A stretch of DNA of 64,000 nt from Candidatus Latescibacterota bacterium (lineage in GTDB: Bacteria; Latescibacterota; UBA2968). Shown one piece after another: positions 31,048 to 40,409 of the stretch (position 1 is the first letter of the stretch; the number at the start of each line of letters is the position of its first letter). The translations under genes and the position numbers were made by a program. The stretch lies in NCBI GenBank assembly GCA_965208125.1, contig OZ242320.1, positions 3,648,001 through 3,712,000 of the forward strand, written 5' to 3'. The notes beneath the pieces were generated by a model. It was not told where the DNA came from and made no database searches. It worked only from the letters and a program-made list of their open reading frames with translations.

Positions 31048-32607
31048 ATGCGTATTTTTTTAGTTGTACATTTCATGGTATTTCTATTCTTCAGTCCTGT
31101 ATTTTCAGAAATAGATGTTGGTGTCGTATCTGAAAGTATTGTGCAGGTGCGTGCGTACAAGAATAACAGAATTATAGCTGAAGGAAGCGGCTTTGTTGTC
31201 AATGAGGAAGGGTATGTGCTAACCAATGCACATCTTTCAGCAGATGCGGAAAGATTAACTGTATTAGCCTTCAAAACAGGTGTCGAGATCGTGTCACAGC
31301 AGGTCTTTGCCAACCGGGATTTAAATCTCGCTTTATTGCGAGTACAGGGACTGGGTTTACCGTCCCTCAACTTATCCGAGCAAGGATCCGCTGTGGGGCG
31401 GGTCGTGCAAACCCTGAAGTTGACTCTTCAGGATAGTATCCAGATTGCTCGCGGGACTATTGGTGCATACCAGGATGTGCCGGGAAAAAAAGTGAGTGAT
31501 CCCGTGGCACATTTGCTACAGCACAATGCCATAGTGACTTCCAAAGCATTCGGTATGCCACTGTTTAATGAGTGTGGGGATGTTATCGCTATCAATCTGC
31601 CAGATCCGGATAGCGGACGCTGGCCGTTTCGGAAAGCAGCCCCCAAAGGAATAATTTTTGCCTTGCGTAGTAGCGATATCATTGCCGTGCTTAAAGACTT
31701 GGAAATTGCACATTCATTGGTTGAGGAAGAATGCTTGAGTGCCGTGGAACGAGCTGAACGAGATAGAAAAATCGCAGAAGGTCGTATCAAAGCGGCACAA
31801 GATAGTGCCCAGGCAATAGCAAAAGCGGCAAGAGATAGTGTTAGTGCAGAAAGAGCTGCCCGGTTGGCGGCAGAAAGAGCGATCAGAGCTAAGCAACAAG
31901 AGGCCGAAAAAGCAAAAGCACGGGCAGATTCAGCAAGCAAGGCGGCAATAGATAGTATCAATACAGCCCGGCTGGCATTAGAACGAGAAAAGGCTAAGAC
32001 AGATTCGTTAAAGAAGGCGACACAGGAGCGTATTGCCGCTCAAAAAGCAGCAGATAGTCTCGCCGTAGTGCATCAAGAGGCGCGTGAGAAGACATCGCAA
32101 AGATTGCAATGGGCCATCGTCTCTGGGGGCACTGTGGTCATTCTGGTGCTTCTCGGCTGGTTCATTTTCGCGCGTAGTAAAAAGGCACAATTGCAGAGTG
32201 CCGCCTCTCGTTTGAGCGAGGCAGAACAAGAGGCTGAAGTCGCGCGACAGGCCGTGGCAGAGGCACCACAGCCCGCGCCTTTCAGATGTCTATTAGAAGG
32301 TCAAGATAACACAGGCCAACCCTTTGCACTGAGTATATCGGCATTAGCCCTTGGTACGTCTTCAGGTGCCACACTTGGGAGAAGCCCTGCCAATGCGGAA
32401 TTTATTATTGACCACGAGGCCGTATCTCGTGAACACATCAGGCTTTTCTATACCAATGAACATCTCTATACAGAAGATCTGAACACTCTGAACGGCACTA
32501 AGATCAATGGTCGCCTGCTCAATCCGCACGAATCAGTGGTATTGCAAAACAATGATCAACTCGAGTTGGGGCCTGTTGTTTTTCAAGTGCGTTTGATGCA
32601 GGAGTGA
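31048..32607 (+). CDS. Inactive trypsin-like domain + coiled coil + TM + FHA protein
   Basis: Signal peptide; GSGF and TNAH present but GNSGGP replaced by KAFGMP; TM WAIVSGG..WFIF; FHA GRSP/SREH/NGT. Confidence 0.85.
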   Translation: MRIFLVVHFMVFLFFSPVFSEIDVGVVSESIVQVRAYKNNRIIAEGSGFVVNEEGYVLTNAHLSADAERLTVLAFKTGVEIVSQQVFANRDLNLALLRVQGLGLPSLNLSEQGSAVGRVVQTLKLTLQDSIQIARGTIGAYQDVPGKKVSDPVAHLLQHNAIVTSKAFGMPLFNECGDVIAINLPDPDSGRWPFRKAAPKGIIFALRSSDIIAVLKDLEIAHSLVEEECLSAVERAERDRKIAEGRIKAAQDSAQAIAKAARDSVSAERAARLAAERAIRAKQQEAEKAKARADSASKAAIDSINTARLALEREKAKTDSLKKATQERIAAQKAADSLAVVHQEAREKTSQRLQWAIVSGGTVVILVLLGWFIFARSKKAQLQSAASRLSEAEQEAEVARQAVAEAPQPAPFRCLLEGQDNTGQPFALSISALALGTSSGATLGRSPANAEFIIDHEAVSREHIRLFYTNEHLYTEDLNTLNGTKINGRLLNPHESVVLQNNDQLELGPVVFQVRLMQE

Positions 32608-32610
32608 AAA

Positions 32611-33930
32611 TTGCAATCGATATGCAACTATTGGCGTCTTGTCGGTCTTGTTTTCGCGTTTCTGTTTTTTTCGCGCGATGCTGTCGCCGCGCCAGACTTT
32701 GATGCGCTTGAGAAGAGTGTTGTACGTATTGTAACGCAGACAAATCAGGGGATTGGTACGGGTACTGGATTTATAATTAACGATCAAGGTTATATCGTCA
32801 CGAACGTACACGTTATTGCCGGTAGCAATTTGATCAAAGCAATACCGACAAATTCCAATGCACTGTACGATGTTGAAGTGATTGCCATGTCCCAGGAACT
32901 CGATCTGGCAATCGTACGCGCACCAGGGATCAATCTTCCACCGATTACGCTTTCGCTCGCGCCATCGAGAAAGGGGCAAAAGGTATGGTCTATTGGTTAC
33001 CCAGGCGGAGCCGATAGGAACAGACCTGCCCACGATCCAACTGTGCAGGATGGTGTTATAGGTAGAATTTTTTCAGGTGCATGGAAGGTACAAAAATTCA
33101 GGATTATTCAACACAACGCGCCTACGAACCCCGGTAACAGCGGCGGTCCTTTATTGGACGACTGTGGAAGGGTGATCGGTGTTAATACGCAAGCGTCTCT
33201 CGTCGTGATTGCCAGCCCATCTGATGGAGTAACGCGGGTGCCACACGCGGCGGGTATTTATTGGTCTTCCCATATTGAGGAATTAGCAAAACTGTTACGT
33301 GAAAATACAATTTCTTTTCAGTCGGACGACGATGAGTGTTTGGCGGCTGATTCTACTGGGCGTTCTGCGGAGGTGGAAAGAACGCGCCGGGAGGCGGACC
33401 AAGCAAAGAGTCAAGCAGATGATGCGAGCCAGAAATTTCTTATTTGGGTGATATTATTGGGTGCTGTGGCTGTGGTCGCTCTTATACTTGCTTTGAAGAA
33501 ACCTCGGCAGCAGATCATTCACGCTGCAGACCATATCAGCCGACGCCTTAAGGCAAAAGAACCTGCTGAGGCTGTTCAAAAACGAGCATCGGAAAAACTT
33601 CCAGAATACGGTCTGATGCTGACCGGGTTTGATGGTAATGGCAATCCCATCCGCATTGCTTTACCGCCAAACAGATTCGCTGGTCAGCGTCTGGGGCTTT
33701 CATTGGGCAGGCATCCCGAGTTGGTGGATGAAATTATCCATGACCAAAATGTGTCGAGGCGGCATATGCGAATAGCGGTGCAAGCGGGTCAATTTTATAT
33801 TGAAGATTTGAACTCTCGTAACGGCACTTTTCTGAATCACCACAAATTGTCTCCGTTTAAGCCAATGCTTTTAGACTATGGTGCGATAGTGAGATTGGGT
33901 GGTTTAGAGTTCATGATTTCAAAACAGTAA
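32611..33930 (+). CDS. Active trypsin-like serine protease + TM + FHA protein
   Basis: Signal peptide; triad TNVH/DLAIV/GNSGGPL; TM; FHA GRHP/SRRH/NGT. Confidence 0.92.
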   Translation: MQSICNYWRLVGLVFAFLFFSRDAVAAPDFDALEKSVVRIVTQTNQGIGTGTGFIINDQGYIVTNVHVIAGSNLIKAIPTNSNALYDVEVIAMSQELDLAIVRAPGINLPPITLSLAPSRKGQKVWSIGYPGGADRNRPAHDPTVQDGVIGRIFSGAWKVQKFRIIQHNAPTNPGNSGGPLLDDCGRVIGVNTQASLVVIASPSDGVTRVPHAAGIYWSSHIEELAKLLRENTISFQSDDDECLAADSTGRSAEVERTRREADQAKSQADDASQKFLIWVILLGAVAVVALILALKKPRQQIIHAADHISRRLKAKEPAEAVQKRASEKLPEYGLMLTGFDGNGNPIRIALPPNRFAGQRLGLSLGRHPELVDEIIHDQNVSRRHMRIAVQAGQFYIEDLNSRNGTFLNHHKLSPFKPMLLDYGAIVRLGGLEFMISKQ

Positions 33931-33946
33931 TGAGAATGCTTTGTAA

Positions 33947-34867
33947 ATGAAAAAACGCAACCGAGAAATTAATATTTTTAGCATGTCTGCTCTCGATCTA
34001 TTCGCTTCGGCAATGGGAGCTTTCATTTTAATTACCATTGTGCTGTTTCCCTTTTTTCCGAACTTGGGCGATTCATCGGAAAACATGGAAAAAGAAAAGG
34101 CCGAACTGTTACAGGAAAAGGCTAAACTACAACAGGAAAAGGCTAAACTACAACAGGAAAAGGCTAAACTACAACAGGAAAAGGCCAGATTGGAGCAAGA
34201 AAAAGCTAAACTACAACAAGAGAGAGCTAAACTGGAACAAGAAAAAGCCAAAACCCCCCAAAAAAATACCCCACTTGAAGAACGGGTTAAAGCTCTGCAA
34301 CAGGAGATTGATGACACATCTGTTTTATTGGGTATCAGGACCAAAGCAAAGAAGTTTGTGATGGTCGTGGATATGTCTGGCAGTATTTATCAACCAGGCA
34401 GCCAGGACTATCGCCGGTTCATTACATTGTCAGTACAGAATATGCTTGCTTCTTTTCAATCGGAGATAGAATTGGTTCTTATTGGTTTTCACGCCCCAAA
34501 TCGCAGGACACGATTGCACTATTGGCCTGAAAATAGGCATTATTTTCAGGTGCGGAAGAATACGCGAAATCGCGTTATAGCTACTATAAACAACTGGATG
34601 AGTCTCGTTAATGGTGGCACACCAACCCGTGAAGCTCTGTTGGCGGCATTGGCTCTCGATCCCGAAGAGATTATCCTCTTAAGCGATGGCGCACCCTCGG
34701 AAAATTGGCGGCAGGTCGTCAATGCTATAACAGTCAGAAACAGAAAAAAAATACCGATACACGCTGTTGCTGTTGGCAACTATGTCACAAAACGAGATTT
34801 TATCGATTTTTTGGTGCAGTTGACAGAGCGGAATCGCGGGTATCTCGTAGGTGCCAAACCCGGGTGA
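33947..34867 (+). CDS. Single-pass vWA protein with ExbD/MotB-like N-terminal helix and coiled-coil stalk
   Basis: Basic N-terminus, SALDLFASAMGAFILI helix, heptad repeats, MIDAS DMSGS/GGT/SDG. Confidence 0.85.
   Translation: MKKRNREINIFSMSALDLFASAMGAFILITIVLFPFFPNLGDSSENMEKEKAELLQEKAKLQQEKAKLQQEKAKLQQEKARLEQEKAKLQQERAKLEQEKAKTPQKNTPLEERVKALQQEIDDTSVLLGIRTKAKKFVMVVDMSGSIYQPGSQDYRRFITLSVQNMLASFQSEIELVLIGFHAPNRRTRLHYWPENRHYFQVRKNTRNRVIATINNWMSLVNGGTPTREALLAALALDPEEIILLSDGAPSENWRQVVNAITVRNRKKIPIHAVAVGNYVTKRDFIDFLVQLTERNRGYLVGAKPG
34091..34253 (+). repeat. 21-nt coding tandem repeat (QEKAKLQ)
   Basis: acaggaaaaggctaaactaca x3 perfect (34111-34173) plus about 4 degenerate copies. Confidence 0.9.
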
Positions 34868-34986
34868 GGAGAAGTGCGAAGTAGTAAAGTATGAGTTGGA
34901 GTTAAGGTGTTGGAAGATGTTTTAGAATCTCTGGGGGAGAGACTATGCGGATGAGACGCACGTGCACCCATTGAGAGGATTTCGGG

Positions 34987-35349
34987 ATGTCTAATTTTTT
35001 TATTTATCGAATCGGTCGCGGTTCAAATGTGGATATTCGCATTGATGATAGCACAGTTTCCCGCATTCACGCAGAGTTGGTTGTGACTGCGAAGGAGACA
35101 TATTATCTGACTGATTGCGATAGTAGCGGCGGGAGTTATGTTGCGAGAAATGGCGAGTGGGAACCTATTACGCAGGATTTTATAGCTCCGATGGATGCAA
35201 TTCTACTCGGTCGGTATCAGACGACCGTACAGCAACTCATGGCGATGATTAATCAAGGTAGCCAGGATGTAAGACGCAAGGATGATTTACCCGAAGGACC
35301 GGTGCGTCGCAATGTAGATACGGGTGAAATTATAGGAGACGAGGACTGA
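34987..35349 (+). CDS. Stand-alone FHA protein
   Basis: IGRG, VSRIH, DCDSSGGS; GAGGA RBS. Confidence 0.9.
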   Translation: MSNFFIYRIGRGSNVDIRIDDSTVSRIHAELVVTAKETYYLTDCDSSGGSYVARNGEWEPITQDFIAPMDAILLGRYQTTVQQLMAMINQGSQDVRRKDDLPEGPVRRNVDTGEIIGDED

Positions 35350-35350
35350 C

Positions 35351-36136
35351 ATGGCAATGGGTCAAACAGTAGAGACGAATCAACGCCTCATCGCATCAGG
35401 TTTCAGTTTAGTAATAGGTATTATTCTTATCGCGCTACTGAGTATTTTTTTTAACAGTCCCGATTCACAAGTGGGTGCTTTCTTGCTTGACCGTCACACG
35501 AAGAATTTTCCCTATCCATTTACGATCCAAAATATCATGTGGCTTATGTTTTGCATAGGCTGTGGCGAGTTGTGGGGGCGATTTAGCCAGTCCAATTTGG
35601 AGTTGAAGCAAATCTCAAAGCGGTATCTTCCAGAAGACGATTCGATTATGTTGCGGGCGCAGGATCTCGGTGCTCTCTATCAAAAGATGCGCCCAAGGGA
35701 AGGGGAACGGACTTTTTTCTTGCAACGCTTAATCACACGCTGTATTTTGCAATTTCAAGGGAGCAGATCCGTCAATCAGACCAATTCTCTGTTAAATTCT
35801 TCTCTGGAATTATTCCAGCACGAGCTTGAACTCAAATACACTATGCTGCGATATCTCGTCTGGCTGATTCCCACGATGGGCTTTATTGGCACAGTTGTGG
35901 GGATCGCCTTTGCACTGGATTATGCAGCGAGCATTGAAAATCCCCAGGATCCGACGTTGCTGGCGGAGATAACCGGACGGTTGGGTGTTGCGTTTTATAC
36001 GACCTTACTCGCCTTGATTCAATCGGCACTGTTAGTTTTTGCCCTGCATATCGCCCAAGGAAGAGAAGAGATGGCTTTGAATCAATCGGGGCAGTACTGT
36101 TTGGATAATTTAATTAACCGACTCTATGAAAAATAG
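35351..36136 (+). CDS. MotA/TolQ/ExbB proton-channel family protein
   Basis: LIPTMGFIGTVVGI and AFYTTLLAL channel helices; four TMs. Confidence 0.9.
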   Translation: MAMGQTVETNQRLIASGFSLVIGIILIALLSIFFNSPDSQVGAFLLDRHTKNFPYPFTIQNIMWLMFCIGCGELWGRFSQSNLELKQISKRYLPEDDSIMLRAQDLGALYQKMRPREGERTFFLQRLITRCILQFQGSRSVNQTNSLLNSSLELFQHELELKYTMLRYLVWLIPTMGFIGTVVGIAFALDYAASIENPQDPTLLAEITGRLGVAFYTTLLALIQSALLVFALHIAQGREEMALNQSGQYCLDNLINRLYEK

Positions 36137-36148
36137 GAGGGTAGTGTT

Positions 36149-36802
36149 ATGCCTGTTTATCGGGGACCCGATGGCAAGATTATTGAAGAAAAAACCAATA
36201 AGTTAGAAGATGTAACCCAGTCGACTGACAAGGCACAAAGACCTTTGCCACCAACACCACCGGGAAGCGGTCAAGCCGCCGGTGCGGGGCGTTTGGATGC
36301 ACCCACCCAGAAGATGGATGCGAGTGGTTCTTCATCCAATGCAATTACTGAGGAAAAGACTCGGGTCGTAGGTGGTCGTCGCAGGCAAGAAGATCAGCAG
36401 CGCTTGGAAGAACGCGCCGAGAAAGCCGATGGTATGGACGATCCAGTTGTTGGGTGGTTGGTTATTGTCGAGGGGCCGGGAAAGGGGAGGGCCATGCAAT
36501 TAGGTTATGGTTCTAATTCCATTGGCCGCGGGGAGACTGACCGTGTCAATCTCAATTTCGGTGATGATCAAATTTCGCGTAGCGGACATGCTATCATGAC
36601 TTACGATCCGCGTGGCAGAAAGTTTTACGTGCAGCACGGCGGTGGTACCAATCTGACCTACGTTAACGACCAGCCCGTGCTCATTCCGATTGAGCTGCCC
36701 GCACTGAGTCATATTAGCATCGGCAATACGATTCTGCGATTTGTGCCCTTATGTGGCGACGCATTTGATTGGCAGGATACGGGAGAAAATGCGCGAGAGT
36801 AA
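36149..36802 (+). CDS. FHA protein with disordered Thr-rich N-terminus
   Basis: PVVGWLVIVEGPGKG, IGRG, ISRSGH; AGGAGG RBS. Confidence 0.9.
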   Translation: MPVYRGPDGKIIEEKTNKLEDVTQSTDKAQRPLPPTPPGSGQAAGAGRLDAPTQKMDASGSSSNAITEEKTRVVGGRRRQEDQQRLEERAEKADGMDDPVVGWLVIVEGPGKGRAMQLGYGSNSIGRGETDRVNLNFGDDQISRSGHAIMTYDPRGRKFYVQHGGGTNLTYVNDQPVLIPIELPALSHISIGNTILRFVPLCGDAFDWQDTGENARE

Positions 36803-36835
36803 ACCATAAAAGAATATATAATCAAGGCAAACTCT

Positions 36836-39316
36836 ATGAACGAAGCACAACATCCGATCCATGCCTTGCCTCAAGGATACCGACTACAGGAATACGAACT
36901 GGTACGCGTGCTCGGCTTCGGCGGCTTCGGCATGACCTATCTTGGCTTTGACCACAATCTGAACAAAGCTGTAGCCATCAAAGAATACCTGCCATCAGAT
37001 ATTTCCACCCGTACAAGCAATAATAGCGTTGTCCCACAAGCGAGCCAGTTTCAAGATGATTTTGAGTGGGGATTGGAGCGCTTTTTGGATGAAGCACGCA
37101 CCTTGGCTCGCTTTGACCATCGCAACATTATTAAAGTGTATCGTTTCTTTGAGGCACATGGCACGGCGTATATCGTGATGGAATATGCTGAGGGTGAGAC
37201 CTTGGCAGCATTTTTGGAACGCAAGGGGACGCTAACAGAAGCCGAACTCAGAGCGATACTATATCCGCTTCTGGATGGTCTGGAGGTGGTGCATCGTGCT
37301 GATTTTTTGCATCGGGACATCAAGCCTGGCAATATCATCATCCGGGATGAGGACAATTCGCCCGTGTTGCTGGACTTTGGTTCAGCGCGTCAGGCGATGG
37401 GAGCGAAGAGCCGTTCGGTTACGTCGATCATCACACCGGGATATGCGCCGATAGAGCAGTATTCGAGTCGAGGTGATCAGGGTCCTTGGACGGATATCTA
37501 TGCATTAGGTGGTGTATGCTATCGTACATTGACTGGTGAAGTGCCAGATGATGCGACGGATCGTGTTCGGGATGATCCACTTATTTCAGTAGTTGAGCTT
37601 TGTGCGGGTCAAGCGAGTTCTGGATTTTTATCTGCGATAGATTGGGCGTTGGTGGTGGATGAGGGTGATCGTCCGCAAAGTATAGGTGTATGGCGTACTG
37701 CGTTGGGGGAAGAAATACCAAGGAATGTGAGTGCTCAGCCGTCAATCACGGCGTCTGTGCCTGCCCCTCCATTGGAAGAAGAGAAGCGTGAGATAGTTGA
37801 TAGCATAGCTGGGAGGCAGCCTGATGCATTTCCATCGGAAAGAGAAAGGGGGACAAGAGGCAAGGTACTTGCTGTGATCATAAGCGTGGTTGTTGTCCTG
37901 ATTGTAGGCATAATTTATATTGATCAAGCTGAGAAGCAGCGTCAGGAGTTAGTAGCAGAACAAGCAAGACTGAAAAAAGAAAAAGCAAGATTGGCAGCAG
38001 AAAGAGCGCGAATAGCGGCAGAGCAAGCTGAGAAGCAGCGTCAAGAGCAAGCAGCATTGGAGAAGCAGCGTCAAGAGCAAGCAGCATTGGAGAAGCAGCG
38101 TCAAGAGCAAGCAGCATTGGAGAAGCAGCGTCAAGAGCAAGCAGCATTGGAGAAGCAGCGTCAAGAGCAGGCGAAAACAAAAGAAGAACTACAGGAACCA
38201 GTGTTGCACGGTGATGTGCGTCGAGGATTTTTAGGTGTACAGATTAGTGACTTAGATCCGGTGCGAGCTAAGGCTTTAGGGGCGTCCAATATCCAAGGCG
38301 TGGTAATTGAGCAGGTAATACCGGGAAAAGCTGCGGACAGAGCAGGTGTCAAGACCAATGATATTGCGATTGCAGTTGATGGTCACTCGGTGAGCGACGT
38401 AACCGAGTTGACTAGTCGGATCGGGCGTGTGCGTCCTGGTACAGAAGTCGAACTGTCAATATTGCGCAATGGTAGGAAGATGCGCATTAAGGTTGTTTTA
38501 GATGCATTGTCCGAGACAGTAGTGACTGCACATAGCCCGCTAAACAACCTGAACAATATTCAGCCTGGCCGACGTTTTAAGGACTGTTCCGTGTGTCCTG
38601 AGATGATCGTCGTTCCATCTGGTTCATTTACTATGGGGTCACCGTCCTCTGAAGTCGGACGTAAGGATACTGAAAGTCCGCAACGTCAGGTGCGTTTCAC
38701 TAGGCCATTTGCCGTGGGAGTCTATGAAGTGACATTTGAGGAATGGGATGCCTGTGTGAATGCGGGAGGATGTAACAACTCTTATCCTATTGATCAGAAT
38801 TGGGGGCGAGGCAACCGGCCCGTGATCAATGTGAGTTGGAACGATGCACAGGCTTATATACGGTGGTTATCTGAACGGACGGGCAAGCATTATCGATTAT
38901 TGAGCGAATCGGAATGGGAATATGTGGCGCGTGCAGGAACGACGACCCCATTTCATTTTGGAGCAACTATATCTACGGATCAAGCGAATTACAATGGCAA
39001 TTATACATACAACACTGGTCACAAAGGCCTATTTAGAAAAAAGACCTTACCGGTGGGAACGCTTTCACCGAACCAATTTGGTTTGTACGACATGCATGGC
39101 AATGTAATAGAGTGGACTCAGGACTGTTGGAACGACAGTTATAATCGAATATCGAGTAATGGGGCAACTCGTGAGTATGGGAACTGTGGTTTTCGCGTGA
39201 TTCGCGGTGGTTCGTGGTACAACGAACCACGGTATCTCCGCTCAGCAAATCGTGGTCGGGGTACGCGTGAGATTCGGAATGCCTATATCGGATTTCGTGT
39301 CGCCCGTACGTTCTGA
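36836..39316 (+). CDS. Ser/Thr kinase-TM-coiled coil-PDZ-FGE-sulfatase protein
   Basis: GFGGFG, AIKE, HRDIKPGN, DFG; TM; GFLGV PDZ; FTMGS, EWEY, YDMHGNV, RGGSW, GFR. Confidence 0.93.
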   Translation: MNEAQHPIHALPQGYRLQEYELVRVLGFGGFGMTYLGFDHNLNKAVAIKEYLPSDISTRTSNNSVVPQASQFQDDFEWGLERFLDEARTLARFDHRNIIKVYRFFEAHGTAYIVMEYAEGETLAAFLERKGTLTEAELRAILYPLLDGLEVVHRADFLHRDIKPGNIIIRDEDNSPVLLDFGSARQAMGAKSRSVTSIITPGYAPIEQYSSRGDQGPWTDIYALGGVCYRTLTGEVPDDATDRVRDDPLISVVELCAGQASSGFLSAIDWALVVDEGDRPQSIGVWRTALGEEIPRNVSAQPSITASVPAPPLEEEKREIVDSIAGRQPDAFPSERERGTRGKVLAVIISVVVVLIVGIIYIDQAEKQRQELVAEQARLKKEKARLAAERARIAAEQAEKQRQEQAALEKQRQEQAALEKQRQEQAALEKQRQEQAALEKQRQEQAKTKEELQEPVLHGDVRRGFLGVQISDLDPVRAKALGASNIQGVVIEQVIPGKAADRAGVKTNDIAIAVDGHSVSDVTELTSRIGRVRPGTEVELSILRNGRKMRIKVVLDALSETVVTAHSPLNNLNNIQPGRRFKDCSVCPEMIVVPSGSFTMGSPSSEVGRKDTESPQRQVRFTRPFAVGVYEVTFEEWDACVNAGGCNNSYPIDQNWGRGNRPVINVSWNDAQAYIRWLSERTGKHYRLLSESEWEYVARAGTTTPFHFGATISTDQANYNGNYTYNTGHKGLFRKKTLPVGTLSPNQFGLYDMHGNVIEWTQDCWNDSYNRISSNGATREYGNCGFRVIRGGSWYNEPRYLRSANRGRGTREIRNAYIGFRVARTF
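38030..38169 (+). repeat. 30-nt perfect coding tandem repeat (EKQRQEQAAL)
   Basis: gagaagcagcgtcaagagcaagcagcattg x4 plus a 20-nt partial copy. Confidence 0.95.
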
Positions 39317-39438
39317 GTCTTACATTTTTAATTTATAATCACTCACAGGTCTTTTAGTTGGCGTTGATATACGTTCCGATTCGGTTCTATACTGATGTCC
39401 ACTATGAATAATCATCCATTTTTTAAGGAGGAATAGCA

Positions 39439-40002
39439 ATGAAATGGCACTATGTATGGCACTTGATGACTGTTTTCATTTTGAGTTCTCCTGCCATGTG
39501 TATTGACTCATCTGATCTCACAATTGGCGACCGTATTCGGGTTACTTTCGCAAATGGAACTATCATCACAGGTTCTATGATCTCAATGGAGGTAGATGGC
39601 TTGAAAATGAAACAAGATGGGCAGAGCCATTTTCAGAGGATGGTGACTTTTAGCGATGTCGAGCGGATAGACCACAGTATTGGTGTCAATAAGCCTCTAT
39701 TCACACCTACTATTATTTGCGGTCTGATAGGTTCAGGTATCTATACACTTTCAAAATATAAACAGGTTGAAGGACAGGAAGGGGTTCCAACAGAAGATAA
39801 GAAGTATGAATTCAGGGATTGGGATAACAAACAGGCGGCTTACTTTACGCTCGGTGGCATAACAACGGGATTTTTAATAGGCCTGATGCTCCCAGGCAAA
39901 GAGAATTGGGAGAAAGTTGAGTTAATGCAATTTGGTTTAGATATTGACATGAATTTAGGACATAGTGGAATAGCGATGCTTGAGTTGAAAATTAAATTTT
40001 AA
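39439..40002 (+). CDS. Hypothetical exported/membrane protein
   Basis: AAGGAGG RBS, signal peptide, two Gly-rich hydrophobic segments, terminal F. Confidence 0.75.
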   Translation: MKWHYVWHLMTVFILSSPAMCIDSSDLTIGDRIRVTFANGTIITGSMISMEVDGLKMKQDGQSHFQRMVTFSDVERIDHSIGVNKPLFTPTIICGLIGSGIYTLSKYKQVEGQEGVPTEDKKYEFRDWDNKQAAYFTLGGITTGFLIGLMLPGKENWEKVELMQFGLDIDMNLGHSGIAMLELKIKF

Positions 40003-40304
40003 ATATTGATATCCAGGCAGGCAGAACTCGAAGCACAGTCATTTCTTGCTCTATTAGGTAATCTCTGGAAAAGATGAACAGCGTCATCAACTTATAGTGC
40101 CTGCTTTGACATATTTGTGCAGTAGCCACTGTGGTAGCCCTAAGGACGCCAATGTTGTCTGGGGTAGGGGTCATTCAAAAAAAAACGATTTGATCCTTAC
40201 CCCAAACTGTCAATCCCTTTGATAAACTCAGAGCACAGCATTTTTTATCGAGCGTATAGGTCTTCTCAATGCGCTTTTTTTATTTTCTATATCTGGTCGG
40301 TTAC

Positions 40305-40370
40305 TTGTATGATGTAGCTGGTAGCGATGCTCTTGAAGCGGTAAAAGTATTGCATCGTTAAGGTGGTTTG
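40305..40370 (+). pseudogene. Fossil 3' end of an ankyrin-repeat gene
   Basis: Reads LYDVAGSDALEAVKVLHR*GG, matching the intact tails ETVEVLRRYGGR and TAGILRRYGGQ. Confidence 0.55.
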
Positions 40371-40409
40371 AAGGTGAGATAAGCTAATTTTTAAATAATC
40401 GGAAATGCT

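Noticed and set aside
31048-36802. Type VI secretion or Zorya locus
   Set aside because: FHA/kinase/PP2C and a MotA-like gene are present, but no Tss, Hcp or VgrG genes, no OmpA-domain ZorB, no long ZorA tail and no ZorC/D/E.
38030-38169. 30-nt direct repeats as a CRISPR array
   Set aside because: No spacers, in frame within a CDS, and no cas genes.
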